Source: Phoronis australis
Taxonomy: Eukaryota; Animalia; Phoronida
Reading direction: 5' to 3'
DNA length: 64,000 nucleotides
Assembly (NCBI GenBank): GCA_002633005.1
Contig: NMRA01000182.1
Span: 71,077 to 135,076, forward strand
Shown here: positions 1-13,562 of the stretch, piece after piece
Numbering within the stretch: the stretch's first letter is position 1
Layout of the letters: each line of letters begins with the position of its first letter
Translations under genes and position numbers: made by a program
Notes under the pieces: generated by a model
Database searches by the model: none
What the model was told of the DNA's origin: nothing
Seen by the model: only the letters and a program-made list of their open reading frames with translations

Positions 1-871
1 TTGACAAAAAGCCTCAAATCATGGATGTACATGTGGTGTATTATGAATTTCATCAGTTCACATGTTGTTTAATGCAGCCGTGCTACTCACTAGTTTGTAT
101 GTGCATGTCTTTTATTTCACTGAATTAATAAAATGTCACGTTCCAATCCAGTTTAGAGAACTTGTGGATTTTTTCTTTAAATACGGTTGTTTACAGAAGA
201 CGATGCAGATGAGGCCTGAGGGGGTCGACATGACGAACTGTTTGCTCATAACGTATTTAAGTACTGCATGATATCTGTCAATCACCGAATGACTTGTAAC
301 AGTAAGCCTGACCCCTTTTTTGTCCCATGCTCATTACAGACTATTGTAGACAAACCTTTTATCCACACACTTTTACTTTGTGGAACCAGCTCCTCCAATA
401 GCTCCTTGTATGGGCCGCATTCGGAGAACCAATTTTCTCCACTATATCAGGCATCAAACTGGTTCTCAAAATCCTTGACCCCTGTTGGGGACCAGTTACC
501 ATTAGTCTTTTTGGCAGTAGTCTGATATAACGTGCCCATATTTTTATAACCAGTTTGATGCCCGTTATTCAGTGGAGAAACTGGTTTTCAAAATTTGGGC
601 ACATTATATCAGACCATTACTGTCTCCGCCTTCCCTTTAATCATCGAGGACCATAGTCTGTGACATTTTCAAGTCATGTGACACCTAGACACAGTCATCC
701 ATTTATCCATTGTGACCTGTATGTATATCTTCCTGCATCGATGTTTAGTACCATGCTGTTGATAGGGTATTTCAATGACTTTTACTAATAGATGTCACTT
801 TTCAAAACTTTAAAACCAGAAAATGCATGCTGGTACGAATCCTTGTAATACAAGTTCCCTGTTTATTTCAG

Positions 872-1276
872 ATTGTTTTCCTTCAAGAGACTGTGAGACG
901 GGAATGTGAGGAGAGATATGAACTGACAGAAGCATTAAGCGAAGCCAAGGAACAGCTGTTGGCTCTAAGGAGGCCAAGTGGGGGGTACTCTCCCGGACCC
1001 CAGAAGGGGGGTCAGTTATCAGATTCACTGAGCTCACGAAGTGGCAAGTCTTCCAGGTCAGAGGAGATGATGATTTTCAAGAAGAAAGCAGCTAACCTGA
1101 GCAGTGGTGCCCCCATACCACATCCACCATCGTCACCGTTGTCTTCAAAAGAGGTGGCGCAGAGTATTAATATGATGTATGAGGGAGATACACGGGATGT
1201 CAGTCCCGGGAGGTTAAAAGGAGGCTCACTCGCAGATGGGAGGAAACGTATTGCTAATGCTTTAGGGAAAAGGTAG
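872..1276 (+). CDS. LEKR1: Terminal coding exon of leucine-, glutamate- and lysine-rich protein 1 (upstream exons outside the window)
   Basis: Acceptor gtttatttcag ends at 871. The exon reads IVFLQETVRRECEERYELTEALSEAKEQLL, matching the recalled LEKR1 block LQETVRRECEERFELTEALSQAREQLL. The C-terminus GRKRIANALGKR resembles the LEKR1 end RQRLAAILRR. Stop TAG at 1274-1276. Confidence 0.85.
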   Translation: MVFLQETVRRECEERYELTEALSEAKEQLLALRRPSGGYSPGPQKGGQLSDSLSSRSGKSSRSEEMMIFKKKAANLSSGAPIPHPPSSPLSSKEVAQSINMMYEGDTRDVSPGRLKGGSLADGRKRIANALGKR

Positions 1277-1707
1277 CCCCTAATGTAGGACTGTAGGCGC
1301 CACCTTGTGTCAGGATCTGCTGTGTTATAGATTCACATGATTTATAAAATTGAAATGAATGTGTTGATTATAAAATCCTGTACCTTTGTGAGTCACTGTA
1401 CTCCCTTGTACCATTGTAGCCAAAATAATGTCAGTAAGCCTTGCACAATAGTTGTATTCCCATGTACTTCAGAATACCAGAAGTTTTTGTGAATCTTTGT
1501 AAAGGAATTATTTCCGTTAATCTGTTGTGTCCCCATGTGATTGAAAATCCCAGCAAATTCTGCAGCCTCTGTTGACAAGCCTTGAAAATGCCCTTGTCTG
1601 ACATTAGTGATGCTGATAAGATTTGCTTGTTTATTGAATATATATATTATAGGCTGCAGTTGTACCATTAGTCAAGAACAGTCTGGCTTGAAATTTCAGT
1701 TGAATTA

Positions 1708-2996
1708 GGGCTGTTCCAACAAAATCGGTTCGGGAGGTTTAATGGTTGTTGAAACAAAAATTTATGGGTGGTGGTCTTCAGAAGAAAACTCAAATTATGG
1801 GTGGTCGTTCTTGTAAGAAGTAAAGCATTAAAACTGGGTGGTATTTTTTGACCTGTAAATGTTGACAGGTTGGTATTTTCAGCCTAACACATACCTCAAA
1901 AGAAATCAAAACTCACCAAAATTCACTTGGAAGATACCCAAACATATTCCAAAACAAAAACGAGCTGATGTTGCTAGTGTACAGAGTGCAATATGTACAC
2001 TATGCCATTACCCAAGTCGTGGACAACTTAATTACAAGCACATGTTTGTACTGCAGTCATATTAGCATGAAAATTACTGCAACACTAAACTGGTGTTAAC
2101 ACATCTAAGAAAATTGTCGATTTTTAAGTAAAAAGTATGAGGAGTCATATAGACAAGTTCCAATATTCTCTTGTCATAGCATTCTAAAAGTGTTCGTGGA
2201 GACAGTTTGAGATTCTTAGATTTATGAAATTGAAAAGATCTTAAATTACAGGCACATGGTGGACAGAGGCACCTGGTGGCTGCCAAAAGTATTGCTCACA
2301 GGTGTCTTTGAAAAGCAAGTTTCTGGTAACTGACATGAGTTGTGATCTCACATGGAATTTTTCTGCACCTACAAAAACTTTGTGGTCAATCTGCCTGTCA
2401 TTATCATTTCTTGTCCATCTCAGTTATCTCTAGAACCGCTTGGCGGTTCATGATGAAATTTGGTATAGAGGTTCTTGGCGGGGATGCGCCAGCACCAGTC
2501 GATTTTTGGGCGGATTGACTACCTTTTAGTATTCCATGTTGGCCGCTTTAGTTTTCGACAAACCACTCCTTGTGTGTTGATTATCTCAAAAGCTGCTTGG
2601 CGGATCACGATGAAATTCGAAACGGAAGTACCTTATATGGCAAGAATGTGCCGGCACCAATCAATTTTGGACGGATTCAACTACTGTGGCACTCGGTTAG
2701 TTTTCGACTGCTCAAGTCATGCTTGTTCACCGATTATCTTGAAACCGCTTAACAGATCATGATGACATTTGGCAGAGATAGACGGCTTGCATGCACCAGC
2801 ACCAATCGATTTTCAGACAGATTTTGCTGACCATTTTATTTTTTGACAACATAGGTTGATTATCTCAAAAACTACATTGTATATTTCAACCTAATTTAAA
2901 ATTATCAGTCGTGGGTTGGAGAAAGAAAAGAAAAATATGGGCGGTGGGTAAGAAATGAAAGTGGCTCACCCGCTGCCATTTTTACTGGAACAGCCA
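1708..2996. mobile_element. Non-autonomous DNA transposon (~1.3 kb, PIF/Harbinger-like termini)
   Basis: Inverted termini ggctgttcca (1709-1718) and tggaacagcc (2986-2995), extending imperfectly inward. Flanks are TTA and TGA (imperfect 3-bp TSD). No transposase ORF. Confidence 0.55.
2425..2873 (+). repeat. Diverged ~155-bp tandem repeat (about 3 units)
   Basis: ttatct...ccgctt...atgatga[a/c]att...gcacca[g/a]tc[g/a]atttt recurs at ~2425, ~2581 and ~2735, with a partial unit at ~2860. Confidence 0.65.
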
Positions 2997-5900
2997 TGAG
3001 CAAATCTTGAACCCATGAATTAAGTTTCCTAGCATTAACCTGCAAAACTGGATGGAACTCAGAATCCCTGTGAATATGTATCCCAATGTAAAATATACCA
3101 AAAAATTTTTACCTGCAAAAATACTATGATTATTTTAGGCAATATTCACAAAGCAATGTTACTAGTAAGACCTGACCCCTGGTGGTCATTTCAAATCTGA
3201 AATAAACCTGAAATGGAAAATGGCACAAGCATCAACAGCCATGTTTTTATTTAGCATAACTTTAGTTGTTAACAGTGTTGTAAAATTTCTATTTGCCAAA
3301 TTTGATTAAGTGCTTACCAAATATTGGAATGTATTGCAAAAGATAATTTTTGAAAAGATGGATTCATTTCAACCAGGTAAGCGTTGCCCATATTTTGTGA
3401 AGTGGTTTTTCCAATTTGAGTGAAACATGATTTTTCCAGGTTTCACATGAGTTGTTTCTTAAATTTATTAGCTTATTTTGCATAAAAATTAACTTCATAC
3501 ATTATGTAGCAATAATTAGATTTCTACATTTTTTTAAAATATTCTTGAATATTTCTGAAGTAACCCTTTCAACTGGAACAGTTAACTCACATTCATTAAA
3601 GGTGAATTTGGCTATATGCTGTAGTTGTTTTATATTGTAATTAATTTGGATATTTTTAAGGTAGGTTTGTTATGTTTTGTTCAGTTTAATAAAGTGAAAT
3701 TTTGCCAATTTCAGATTTCAATCAAAGGCATATATTCTTGATAGAGTTTCTGTTTTGATAATCATCAGAATCACCAAAGACTCTCTATGTTGTATTAAAA
3801 TCAGGTACATAATGACAGATTTATAGCAAAATAATACAGGAACTGAATTTAAGGAAATTTTCACTCTGCTTGCTTTGTAACAAGCTGCTTTTTACCTTGC
3901 GATTTTCTTGCTCCGGGAAACTTTTGTCTCTACCCTACGTACTTGCAAGTTGCCAATTCTGTGTACACAGAGTTATCATCTGCACCTTGTATGTTAAGTG
4001 TTAATTTTTGTAATTAGCGCCATAGTATTTGAATGTAACAATTCTTTAGCCACAACTTTGGTTGGTGGCTGCCATTGTGTTAGAGAGCCAATCACTACAG
4101 TGTTGTTGACAAGTTGTAGTGAATCATTTTAAACATTTTAATATAAAAAACATTGAGGAATAAATATATTATTTATTGACTTCATTTTCTCCTTGGTGTA
4201 AGTCACGTTTGAAAAGTTTTCTTGTTTTGGTAAGTTCAAATACAAGTTTATTGCAATATTCTATTTGCGAAGTACGTGGTACATCAAGTCTTGATTGTCT
4301 GCTTCCTATGCGTGCTTTAAATCTGAAGACTGGCGCAAGTTTTCGGCAACTTTCTCACCCGGTGGTTCACGAGGAACAAGGACACACAATATTGACGACC
4401 ATTTGGGAGACGTGAAAGTAAATCTTTTGTTCTGTATACTTGTAGGGGAAAATTTCTGTATTTGTTATAGTTCACGCTTCCTTTATTGTACATCGTCCAG
4501 TATATTCGCTCCTATTGTAAATGATGAAAGTAATTGCGAACAAACGTTAAATCGTTTCGTTATGAGGTAGACATTGTTGTTCAAATAAACACGCGAAGTA
4601 CTTTGTGATCAAAACAAACATTCTCTGAGGTGCAAAGAAAATAAAAACTTATGATCAATTTTGCGACAACTTGACACCGGTTGTATCTAGGGAATGTCCT
4701 CTATCGCCGAATGATTGTTTGCCTATGCCGACGGCACGTTTTCGATTAGGCTCTAAATGTTGCGTCTAAAAGAATTTGGCCTATTAAAAGTGATAAACTT
4801 AGACCGACTTAGGAATGTGAACTACATGGTGTAAACTTAAATTTAATTTAATTTAATTTGCCAACTATTTGGCGGCAGACAATCATTTAAAATCAAAGCG
4901 TTCTGCTGAAAGTAGATTTAATGAAGTTCTGGTTTGATGCTGGTTTCACAAGTGGTGGAATAATTCTAATCGGTTCACGTCACTGCAAGAGGCAACTATA
5001 TCTTCGCGTATTTTGCTGGAATAGACGGCGCGTCGAAAGAATTATAACCTCATGATAATTACAAACCGTCCTTATAGTCGTTGGAGTGTGTACAGTCGCT
5101 TTACATTTTTGAGATTTGGTGGACATCTTTCACAGTTTCTGGTCGTATTTTGGTTTTACATGGTTTTCCGACTCATTGCATGCTTGCGCTATCAAAGACA
5201 GCAAACAAATTTTATTCACGCAAATGAGATAACAGAGAAACTATTTCACCCCAACATTATGAATTATCTTCGAAGTTTGTAAGCGACCTGTCTCTGTGGT
5301 CAACGGAATGATAAATGACCGAAATGTTCTTTCAGGTGCGATTCTTAATCATTATAAGAACTGAGATAAAGACTTTTTGTGGAGACACGAGTTTGTCGTC
5401 AACGAAAACACGGCTGCGTTCACTGCAAAAGAATTCACGTCGTACGTAACCTGATGGAATCGACTGCAGTGTGGACTATTTTGCGCTACTTTTCCGATCG
5501 GGTATTCACAAGTAATATACCATACATATTTCATGCTAGTGTACAGTTAACTTAAATAATCAAAATGAATCTATAGAGGACATTGAATTCCGCTTCAGAA
5601 CCTTCACTGAATGCATAGGTCTAATGACGTCTACTAAAGCGGTCAGGCAGAAAATCGCATCTGCCTATTGTAGGCGAGGCCATCTATAGTCGTGGTAGTG
5701 TAGTAGTAAGTCACGGACACAGACATCAAATACCTATGTGTAAATCAAGAGTGGCAGTAAAGCAAACACTGGTATTAGCTTGTATAATGTACAATGATCC
5801 ATTGGGATGTGTATTCGACTGCGATTTCATCAATCCAGGTAGCTTTTAACTAATCTTTATAGTCATCTCAAGTGAGTCAAGAAACGTGTCGAGAATTGTG

Positions 5901-6450
5901 ATGAGAGGCATTAAACTGGAGACTCGAAATGTCAGTTATTTTATTTCCTTTCGGCTCTATAGTCATTTCGTTTGGAAGAACTTGTTTTATCGAGAGGTTA
6001 TCGCTAGATAAATGACCACAAGAGCCCGGATAGTTCACTGCGAGGAAGATTGAGCTCTAAATAGCGCCGTCTGCAGGTGTATTGATTATTGTGTTGTTTC
6101 AACAAAAGTTATACAATCAATATTTGATCCCAAAAAGTGAATGGACGTCCGTTTGTGGTCCATTATTCATTCTGAATATACGGTCTGGATGAGATGAGTA
6201 GGACTCATAAAGAAATATTTGTATTTACGAACCACTCTGATGTGCAGGATAATGCGGTGATATTGTAACTGGAGTATTCTCGTAGAGCGTGCTAAGAGGA
6301 TTACCGGCGAGGGGTGGCCTACAGGAGTCGAGGACTGGTCTCCACGGCTACCCGGCGGCCACTGACGGAGTGTCCGGGCACGAGACTGATGACGACAGGA
6401 TGCAGGGGGTTGAGAAATAATGACTGAGCCTTGTCAATAGATATTTTGTT

Positions 6451-7884
6451 ATGTCAGCTACACAGCGAAGTGTGAGCAGTCTAGACATGACTTATGTGGA
6501 CCCCAGCAGAAACGACTTCATTGGAAAAGGAATGAGCGAGCGCCCTAGCACTGGGACGTTCTCCAGCAAATGTCGGACTGGACCAATGGTTGTCAAAGTG
6601 CCTAGCAAATATACGAATGCCATTCAGCGCCGACAGGAGGGGAACCAGAACCGATGGCAGGGGGAAATTAAATACAACAATGGCGGAACTGTGGTCAATA
6701 TACCCAGGAGGGTTACACAAGTACCCATTTCTAATTGGACTACGCCACCGGAGTTCAAACCGGAGGCGAAAGGTGGGTTTCTGCCGATACTAAGCGCTCA
6801 TAGCACGCCGCCTCAGTCAGCGTCGTCTACCAGAACGTCGAAACCGGTTGGTGTTGTTAGACCACTCGGATCAGCCAGAGACTACGAGAGTGAGCTGAAA
6901 AAGAAAACAGGGTCGGTTCACTCAACACCTAGAAAGTTTTTGTACCCTGAAAAGGATGTCAATATACCACCAAATATTTCATGTGTTGAATTCAAAAATG
7001 GTGTGCTTAGTACCAGCGCGGTGTCTGCCGTTTGCGAATTTTCTCCACTCGAAAATGCAATCTCAATGTTCAACCAACTGCAGAGTAAAGAGGATCCCTT
7101 GGTAGCAACAGTGGAGGAAAATGGAACAAGTGGTGAAGTTCTCAGTTTAAAGGCTAGTGATTATAAAAAGGTGCTTTCAAAATCTTCAAAAGAAGTTGAA
7201 ACAGTTAAATCAAAATCTGTTTCGAAAACACCGCAGAAAACAGTTCCGAAATATAGGACTAGGTACAATTATCTTACAATAAACGCTGCGGAAAATTCAT
7301 GGGCCACAAATTACTATAATAAATATAACGTTGATGGAAAGAAAGTGGCCTCACGGAACGAAAAATCTTCAGTGCAAAATGCAGATAATTCTCAGGCGAA
7401 TGATATCTCTTTTACGAGACCGTCGTACGAACCTAGCCTTCGATCGTCATACGATCATAGCCTTCGGACAATTATTCGCCGCAAAAATTCCTCTGAAAAA
7501 CATACTTGTGATGATAAATTTGTGATAGAAAATGAAAGCAGTGGCAATAAATCCAGTGAAAATGCGTCAAATGAGAAAACAGAAAAACTGCACGAAGAAA
7601 AACCAGAAATGTCTTCGGGTTCAGAGAGCCCTGGCGAAACGAGTGATTCAGCAAAATTGTCTCATCTCTCGTCTGTTTCTCAGGAGACTGGGACTCTGCC
7701 GGAAGACAGCATTAAACTGAGGGATTGCGAAACGGGTAGTAATGGTTCTGACTCTGCCTCGGCGGTATCTGGTGAGGCAGCCAATTCGCCACCGGCAAGA
7801 ACTGTAAGAAGGTCTGTTAGATTCAGCATGGAGAGTAACAGAGTGAAGGAATACTCCCCATGGGAACCTATAGAGTGGAGATGA
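6451..7884 (+). CDS. Orphan ORF A, 477 aa, S/K/E-rich, probably disordered, with C-terminal RVxF-type motif
   Basis: 1.4-kb stop-free ATG ORF in AT-rich DNA. Candidate acceptor ccttgtcaatag ends at 6440. C-terminus contains RRSVRFSMESNRVKEY. Confidence 0.75.
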   Translation: MSATQRSVSSLDMTYVDPSRNDFIGKGMSERPSTGTFSSKCRTGPMVVKVPSKYTNAIQRRQEGNQNRWQGEIKYNNGGTVVNIPRRVTQVPISNWTTPPEFKPEAKGGFLPILSAHSTPPQSASSTRTSKPVGVVRPLGSARDYESELKKKTGSVHSTPRKFLYPEKDVNIPPNISCVEFKNGVLSTSAVSAVCEFSPLENAISMFNQLQSKEDPLVATVEENGTSGEVLSLKASDYKKVLSKSSKEVETVKSKSVSKTPQKTVPKYRTRYNYLTINAAENSWATNYYNKYNVDGKKVASRNEKSSVQNADNSQANDISFTRPSYEPSLRSSYDHSLRTIIRRKNSSEKHTCDDKFVIENESSGNKSSENASNEKTEKLHEEKPEMSSGSESPGETSDSAKLSHLSSVSQETGTLPEDSIKLRDCETGSNGSDSASAVSGEAANSPPARTVRRSVRFSMESNRVKEYSPWEPIEWR

Positions 7885-10800
7885 CTTAAGGAATTATTTA
7901 TTTCATTATCGTTGTTAGTATAGACACGTTATTGTTTATTTTCATTGTGACAGAATTTTAAGGCTTGGCAAAAGTGTAAGGACTTAGAAATATGTCTTGT
8001 TGCAGGGACACACAGATTGGCATTTATTTATTTTTCAGCATGTTTTGCATTGACACGTTTCCTTAGTGCCACGATGTAGGTCTCCATTAAAATTTTCTGA
8101 CCTTAGTTTTTTTTTTTTATTGCTGGCGAACAAGTAGAATAAATTGAATCTAGAAACATGATGCTGTTAGCGATTGTTTTAAAAAGATTTTCTCCAGATA
8201 TATTTTTACCAATCTGTGTATGTCAGTCATTCGGTGACCTGTTGCTGTGCCAGATTTCTTCATTACCAAGTTTGTTGTTGATTGTGGACCTTTCTTCTAT
8301 ACTGTGTACGGAGTGTCAGCAAAGCGAGTTTTGTAGGTGTTGTTTCTGAACACCTGTCAAAAATGTGCATGAACTGGACAAACAGCATAAACGGATCTAC
8401 AATTTTGCCACAGATAATGTGATTGATGTCAGGCATTTGGTTTAAACTTTACCACGCATACACGGCAACATTATTTTCATAATCCCAAGAGGTCAACAAG
8501 GGTTGACCACATTAGGTTAATAAAGTCAAAAAGCATGTAGTTGGTTAAGTCTGGTTTGTTATGAAAAATGATGCTGACGTGGTGCGATACCTTTTTTTCG
8601 ATTTCCAATTTTGCCCAAAAAAGTCATCTCAAATGAACAAAACTGACAGGGGGTTCCTTTTCTCTTAACCATGACCAGCTTTATTGGTGCATTGAAGCGA
8701 TTGGCTGTACTTGTGTACGGGGCAGGGAAGATATGGCCGTGAGGCCGAGAGCCAGTGACGGCCATACGTCAAGTGATTGTGGCTGACATGTCTAGCCAAG
8801 ACGCTTAAAACCTTGTTTACTATCGTTTTTTTACTGTTTTTGAAAACAAAGTTCCAGACCTTGACTGTAAATAATGAGTAATTAGGCGCAGGTTTCAAAA
8901 TGAGTCAGGGTACAGACCAGACTGTGGATTTTGGTCTGACAGGACTTTTTTTTGCATGATCACGTGTGCGCGTAAATATGAGTCTCTTTGGGTTTTTTAA
9001 GAACTTCAAAATCGAAAGGCAATTTTATGAATACATTACATTTAAATTATAACCTCTCGAGAACTCGGAATACTCTACGACTCACAGTATCTTTTCAATT
9101 TGCTACCCAAGAGAGTTTGCGGTACACCCCTACATACATGTAATTTTGCCAAAATTCCCTAATATTCACCACTCTGGTTTAACCGGCGTCATTTCTGGAA
9201 GCAAGCTCGAGAAAGACAGTAAGATATCCGCTCGTCACTTCCCTGAAAAAGCGGCCTTACTTGTGTTTAGTGCAGGGCTTGGAATTTCCTTCTTTTAAGA
9301 GGATTTCCTCTGTTTTGGTTTCGATTTTCTCTTATTTGATTTCCAGTTTCCTTTTTTGTCATCTCCTTTTTATCATTATTTTGACTTTATTCATGCAAAA
9401 ACGTGTATTTCAGTTAATTCCATAACATAAAAAATACTTCCATCACACAAGCCTATTTATTTGTGTAACGATACATCACTTGGAAAATTTTCCTCTTTTT
9501 TGTCATTGGTCATTCCAAGCCATGTTAGTGGAGCACTTATTAATTTCACGACTTTCGTTATAATCTTTCATACAAACTTTGATGAAAGTATGAGAGGCGT
9601 AAAAATAATACTAGCATTCTGCGACAAACTGTCAATCTTGACAAAATTGTCTCTGATTGACATGGTTGAAACAGTGCCTTTCAGAAAAGAGTTACGACGT
9701 AGGCTTCACCTTCATCTTAATTTTAAATCATTGCTTCAAAACATTAGTTTTGTGCAATTTTCTTCCTTCTGAGAATTTCGTTGCCTTACACAAGATATTT
9801 TTGTAATCAAACCTAGAAAGATTTAGCAAAAAATGAGCAATATTCCTGAAAGGTACGGTAGATTGGGCACATCCCTTGAGATAAGACCGCCTTGAAAGGA
9901 ATACAAACGCGTGTTAGGGTGTACTGATTGACTCAATCGTCGTGTGCAGTATCACGGTTGACCTGAGGCCCGCGCAAGCGTTATTACCGTGCTAGGAAGA
10001 CTGGATCATGTTTCGAACTATTGACAAAATATTCGAGACTACTTCACTACACAACTATGTTTGTTTGACTTCACACAGTTTTTCACCAATTTGATTTTTG
10101 CTGCAATGTTCAAACATTATTATTAACGGTATCAATGAACGAGCTGTACACTGGTGGCGAAATCAATTGATCTATTCTTGTTGCACTGTTGTTACACTTG
10201 TAGAAATAGATAAGAAATGAAACAAGTGACAATCAATATCAGTTCGTTAACAAATCACTTAATTTGTAATAACAGTTTTTATTGATTGTGTCTGGCGTAA
10301 GCACAACGACCAAAGCGATTAATCGAACTTTGATACATACGAACCAATCACAGGTTATCTCCTGCTGGATTTTGTAAATATTCAAAAACCCTTCATAAGT
10401 TAGTACAGTTGTACGTAACTCCAAAACGTCGATTATCTGTTTAAACACATGACTACGTGAATAAACTCAACACTGTGGGTTTATAAGGCGCATGCTCAAA
10501 ATTTCTGACAACAAATACTATTTATTTATTACACAAAAACTGAGTATACCTGTTTTAGCTCCTAATTTCATAGAAATTTAAGAAACGAATGAAATTTATT
10601 CACGCATAAATTCAGTCGATTTTTTATAATTTTGTACATATTGTGTGAATTTTTATCATACAATGAAGAAACACTACAGTTATGAGATTTAGGATTGTCA
10701 AAACCAAGTCGTGAAATGATCGATTCACGCTTCAAATGCATGGTGTACGTTTGCAAGGTGCCACGTTGATAAACAGATTAAAAAATTTTAGATTTTGTAA

Positions 10801-11948
10801 TGTGGCGCGAACGACATCGCAAACGACATCTCATCGTGATAAAATTGATAACCATCACAAACATGTCTGACAGAGCCTCAGAAAGTTTCAAAACCCGTAA
10901 AACCCATACGTTATAACGGTATTCACCAACCCGTCCAAAATTAAGTCATTTCCTTTCTGAATAGAAACATAATATCTGGGTACGTGGCATTATACCAAAA
11001 AAACTGACACTTTACATCACATGGGTGAACCATGGATACGTACGTACCCGGGTCATACACATCTACCTCACAACCGTTCGGCAAGGTATCCACCGCGAAA
11101 GAAGGGGTTTCTTTTTGAGTGCTCACTTAAGCGGTTATAAACGTGCGTTCCATCTCAGATGTGAGCTTTTGATTTAGACTACTTGCCACTATAAAACAGA
11201 TCTCAACTTTTCTCAACTCCAGTGCCCTGCGTCCCGCAATGTAACTTGCCCCTGACAGGTCGAGTACAATTTGATTGTTTGAAATTTTATTCATAGAATT
11301 TTACGTTGCCTAATGAACACTCTCGTCATGTATGACGGACAATAAAGCTATTTCTAGGAAATATAAGTACATCGTAAACAGGAGCTTTAAAAATGCTACT
11401 AGTACCCTTTTAACGCAGTTATGACCATGCCGTTCTTTTCAATTTGTGGTGCTAATGCACTTAAACTGTTCTCGGTGGTTCCTAACTTGTGGTCGTGGTC
11501 TGTAGTCAGAATAGGTGTCACAGCTGAAACCGTTTTGTGGCGCTACCTATTGCCGATTACTAATTGTTTGCATCACAGTAGTATATATACTTACATGTAC
11601 GCATAATTACATCACCAGAGCCACACTGACCAATAGACAACTGCACAGGTCTGTGTAATTTAGGGCATTGTAAACATAATAGATTCTTTGTGTTTTCAGT
11701 GCTCAGTGCGCCATTTACATTATTTTATTAAAGCTGTATTTCGCTGCTGTTTATGTAGCTGTCAATTTTGAATTCTTAACCAGGCGCTTTTGGGTATAAA
11801 AACATAATTACCTCTTTCATCCGATTTTGAATTTTGAAACTCAAGTCATAGACAATGCTTGCATGCGCCATTTTTGAATCTGCAATTTTATGGTTGGCTA
11901 ACACCTAAATACTCTCGAGTTCTTAATGGGTTCAATTAGTGAGCTATA

Positions 11949-12685
11949 TAATAAGGGTTTCGATGTTCCTGGTGTTAACGAAAATTGAAGCATATCACGG
12001 TAAGGAAAATTATGAGACCTATTTCATCACAGTAAAAGGCCTGATTGGCCGTTCTTTAACTTGCTAAACAGGGCGAAATACACCTTCAAATAGATGATTA
12101 AGTTATAAGCACAATGAAATTTCCTTGCGGTGACTTGCCAATGCAGGACCACTGTTTAGTGATGCCCGAAGGTGCCGGCGCCGACGGTGTCGTCGAGAGT
12201 AGGCGCATGAAGGTGCCCTCGCTGTCATATGATATTTGTGGGTCTAAGCATAGGGAACGTAACGACGTGGAGGACGGAGACGTCGGCGATTAGCGTGTAG
12301 CGGGGTGTGAAATCTGTAACGAAAGGAGGCGGTGCGGTTATCTCAATAAATAGATTCCACGTCTTCGCATTTTTAATCGAATTTTCTAATGATAAGTTAT
12401 AACGCAGTTTCAGTCTAGACAACTTGGGAATAATGCAAGACTCTATCGAAAGATGGCGCTGTCAATTAAGGTGCTGTGTTTCAACTGGTAACAAAATGCT
12501 CAATGCTCTTTTCCCTAAAAATGTCGTGGTAGGGCTTAAACGGAGACTTACGACCAGTCACAGTTTGTCGGTCACGTAACGGTTAGACTCTTTATAAAAA
12601 GGTGGGGAAATTACCTTTCGATGAAGCAGGCCCCAAATTTGGAAATAAACACATGAAACAGATGAGCCACTGGCATTACTTATAG
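11949..12685 (+). repeat. ~735-bp local duplication, copy 1
   Basis: Near-identical to 13563-14289 (taataagggtttcg...ggcattacttatag), with scattered substitutions and one ~10-bp indel. Confidence 0.9.
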
Positions 12686-13387
12686 CAGTGGCGGATCTAG
12701 GATATCACAAGGGGGGGCCCCAACATTTTGTCCGGCTGTAAGCATTGTAGATGCGTACAGCACCGAATGGGGGGAGGGTTTGCCCCCCTCCCGCCCAGGA
12801 AATTTTTCTGTTTTTTCCTCTAAAAATCAACCATTTTCCTTGATTTCTGCTGTATTATCCAAGAAAAAAAGGGAAAAAAACGTGTCACACAGGAAAAATT
12901 GCGCATTCTCAGACGAGAACTCACGACCTGGGTGATAGGAAGCGCGAGCGTTACCACTACACCACCACGATTTCTCTAACTATTAGAAACTAAGAGACCT
13001 ACTTGTTTATGGTCCACAGCGTTTGCGCGCGAAACCTACTTCTTTTTGTAATGCTTATTACACGTTTTATATTTTGTGCAATCGGTCCTTAACAAATTTG
13101 TTGTATTTAAAATAGTCTTCAAATGCCCAAAAGACCAAATCCGTTTTTCGTGTTGGCACTAATGACGGGATTGCTATGGAAATCGTCCTAAGATAAGGTT
13201 TGACAAAGAGAGTATTGCGAGTTTCTGAGTGATTCACTAAGGCTTCGATTAAAATTCACATCTTACTAGCAGCTTCTGTTTTTTCATTGTCACTCAGGTT
13301 CTATTTTCTTTAAAAAATGAAGTAAATGTGCTCCATTGCACAGTGGAGCAGACGACGGAAACGGAGTCGTAGTGCGCAGCGCCACTG
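12686..13387. mobile_element. hAT-like MITE/composite insertion
   Basis: Begins cagtggcggatctag, the same terminus type as the 56426 element, exactly where the two duplicate copies diverge. Possible right end cgccactg at 13380-13387 is only an 8-bp match with no TSD, so the right boundary is uncertain. Confidence 0.45.
12901..12969 (-). mobile_element. tRNA-derived SINE head (degenerate)
   Basis: Minus strand reads tggtgtagtggtaa (Pol III A box) then gtgagttctcgtc (degenerate B box) at tRNA-like spacing. No intact cloverleaf. Confidence 0.45.
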
Positions 13388-13562
13388 CCGGTCGCCTGGG
13401 ATATCGCGGGAGAGCCTACACTTAGCCATAATTCCGTTACGAATGCGCCGTGTTCCGAATTTGAAACTTGAAATTNCGCTCTCTATTTAGCTCTCTGCTC
13501 AGCACATCGAGCCACCTCATCTAGTTAACCCGCTAATACCCACATTTGGATCACACACTATG

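Noticed and set aside
827-871. N-terminal 15 residues of the 149-aa ORF
   Set aside because: Intronic read-through upstream of the acceptor at 870-871. The same applies to track extensions beyond the MATCAP exon boundaries.
12901-12969. Functional tRNA gene
   Set aside because: The B box and stems are degenerate; better explained as a SINE head.
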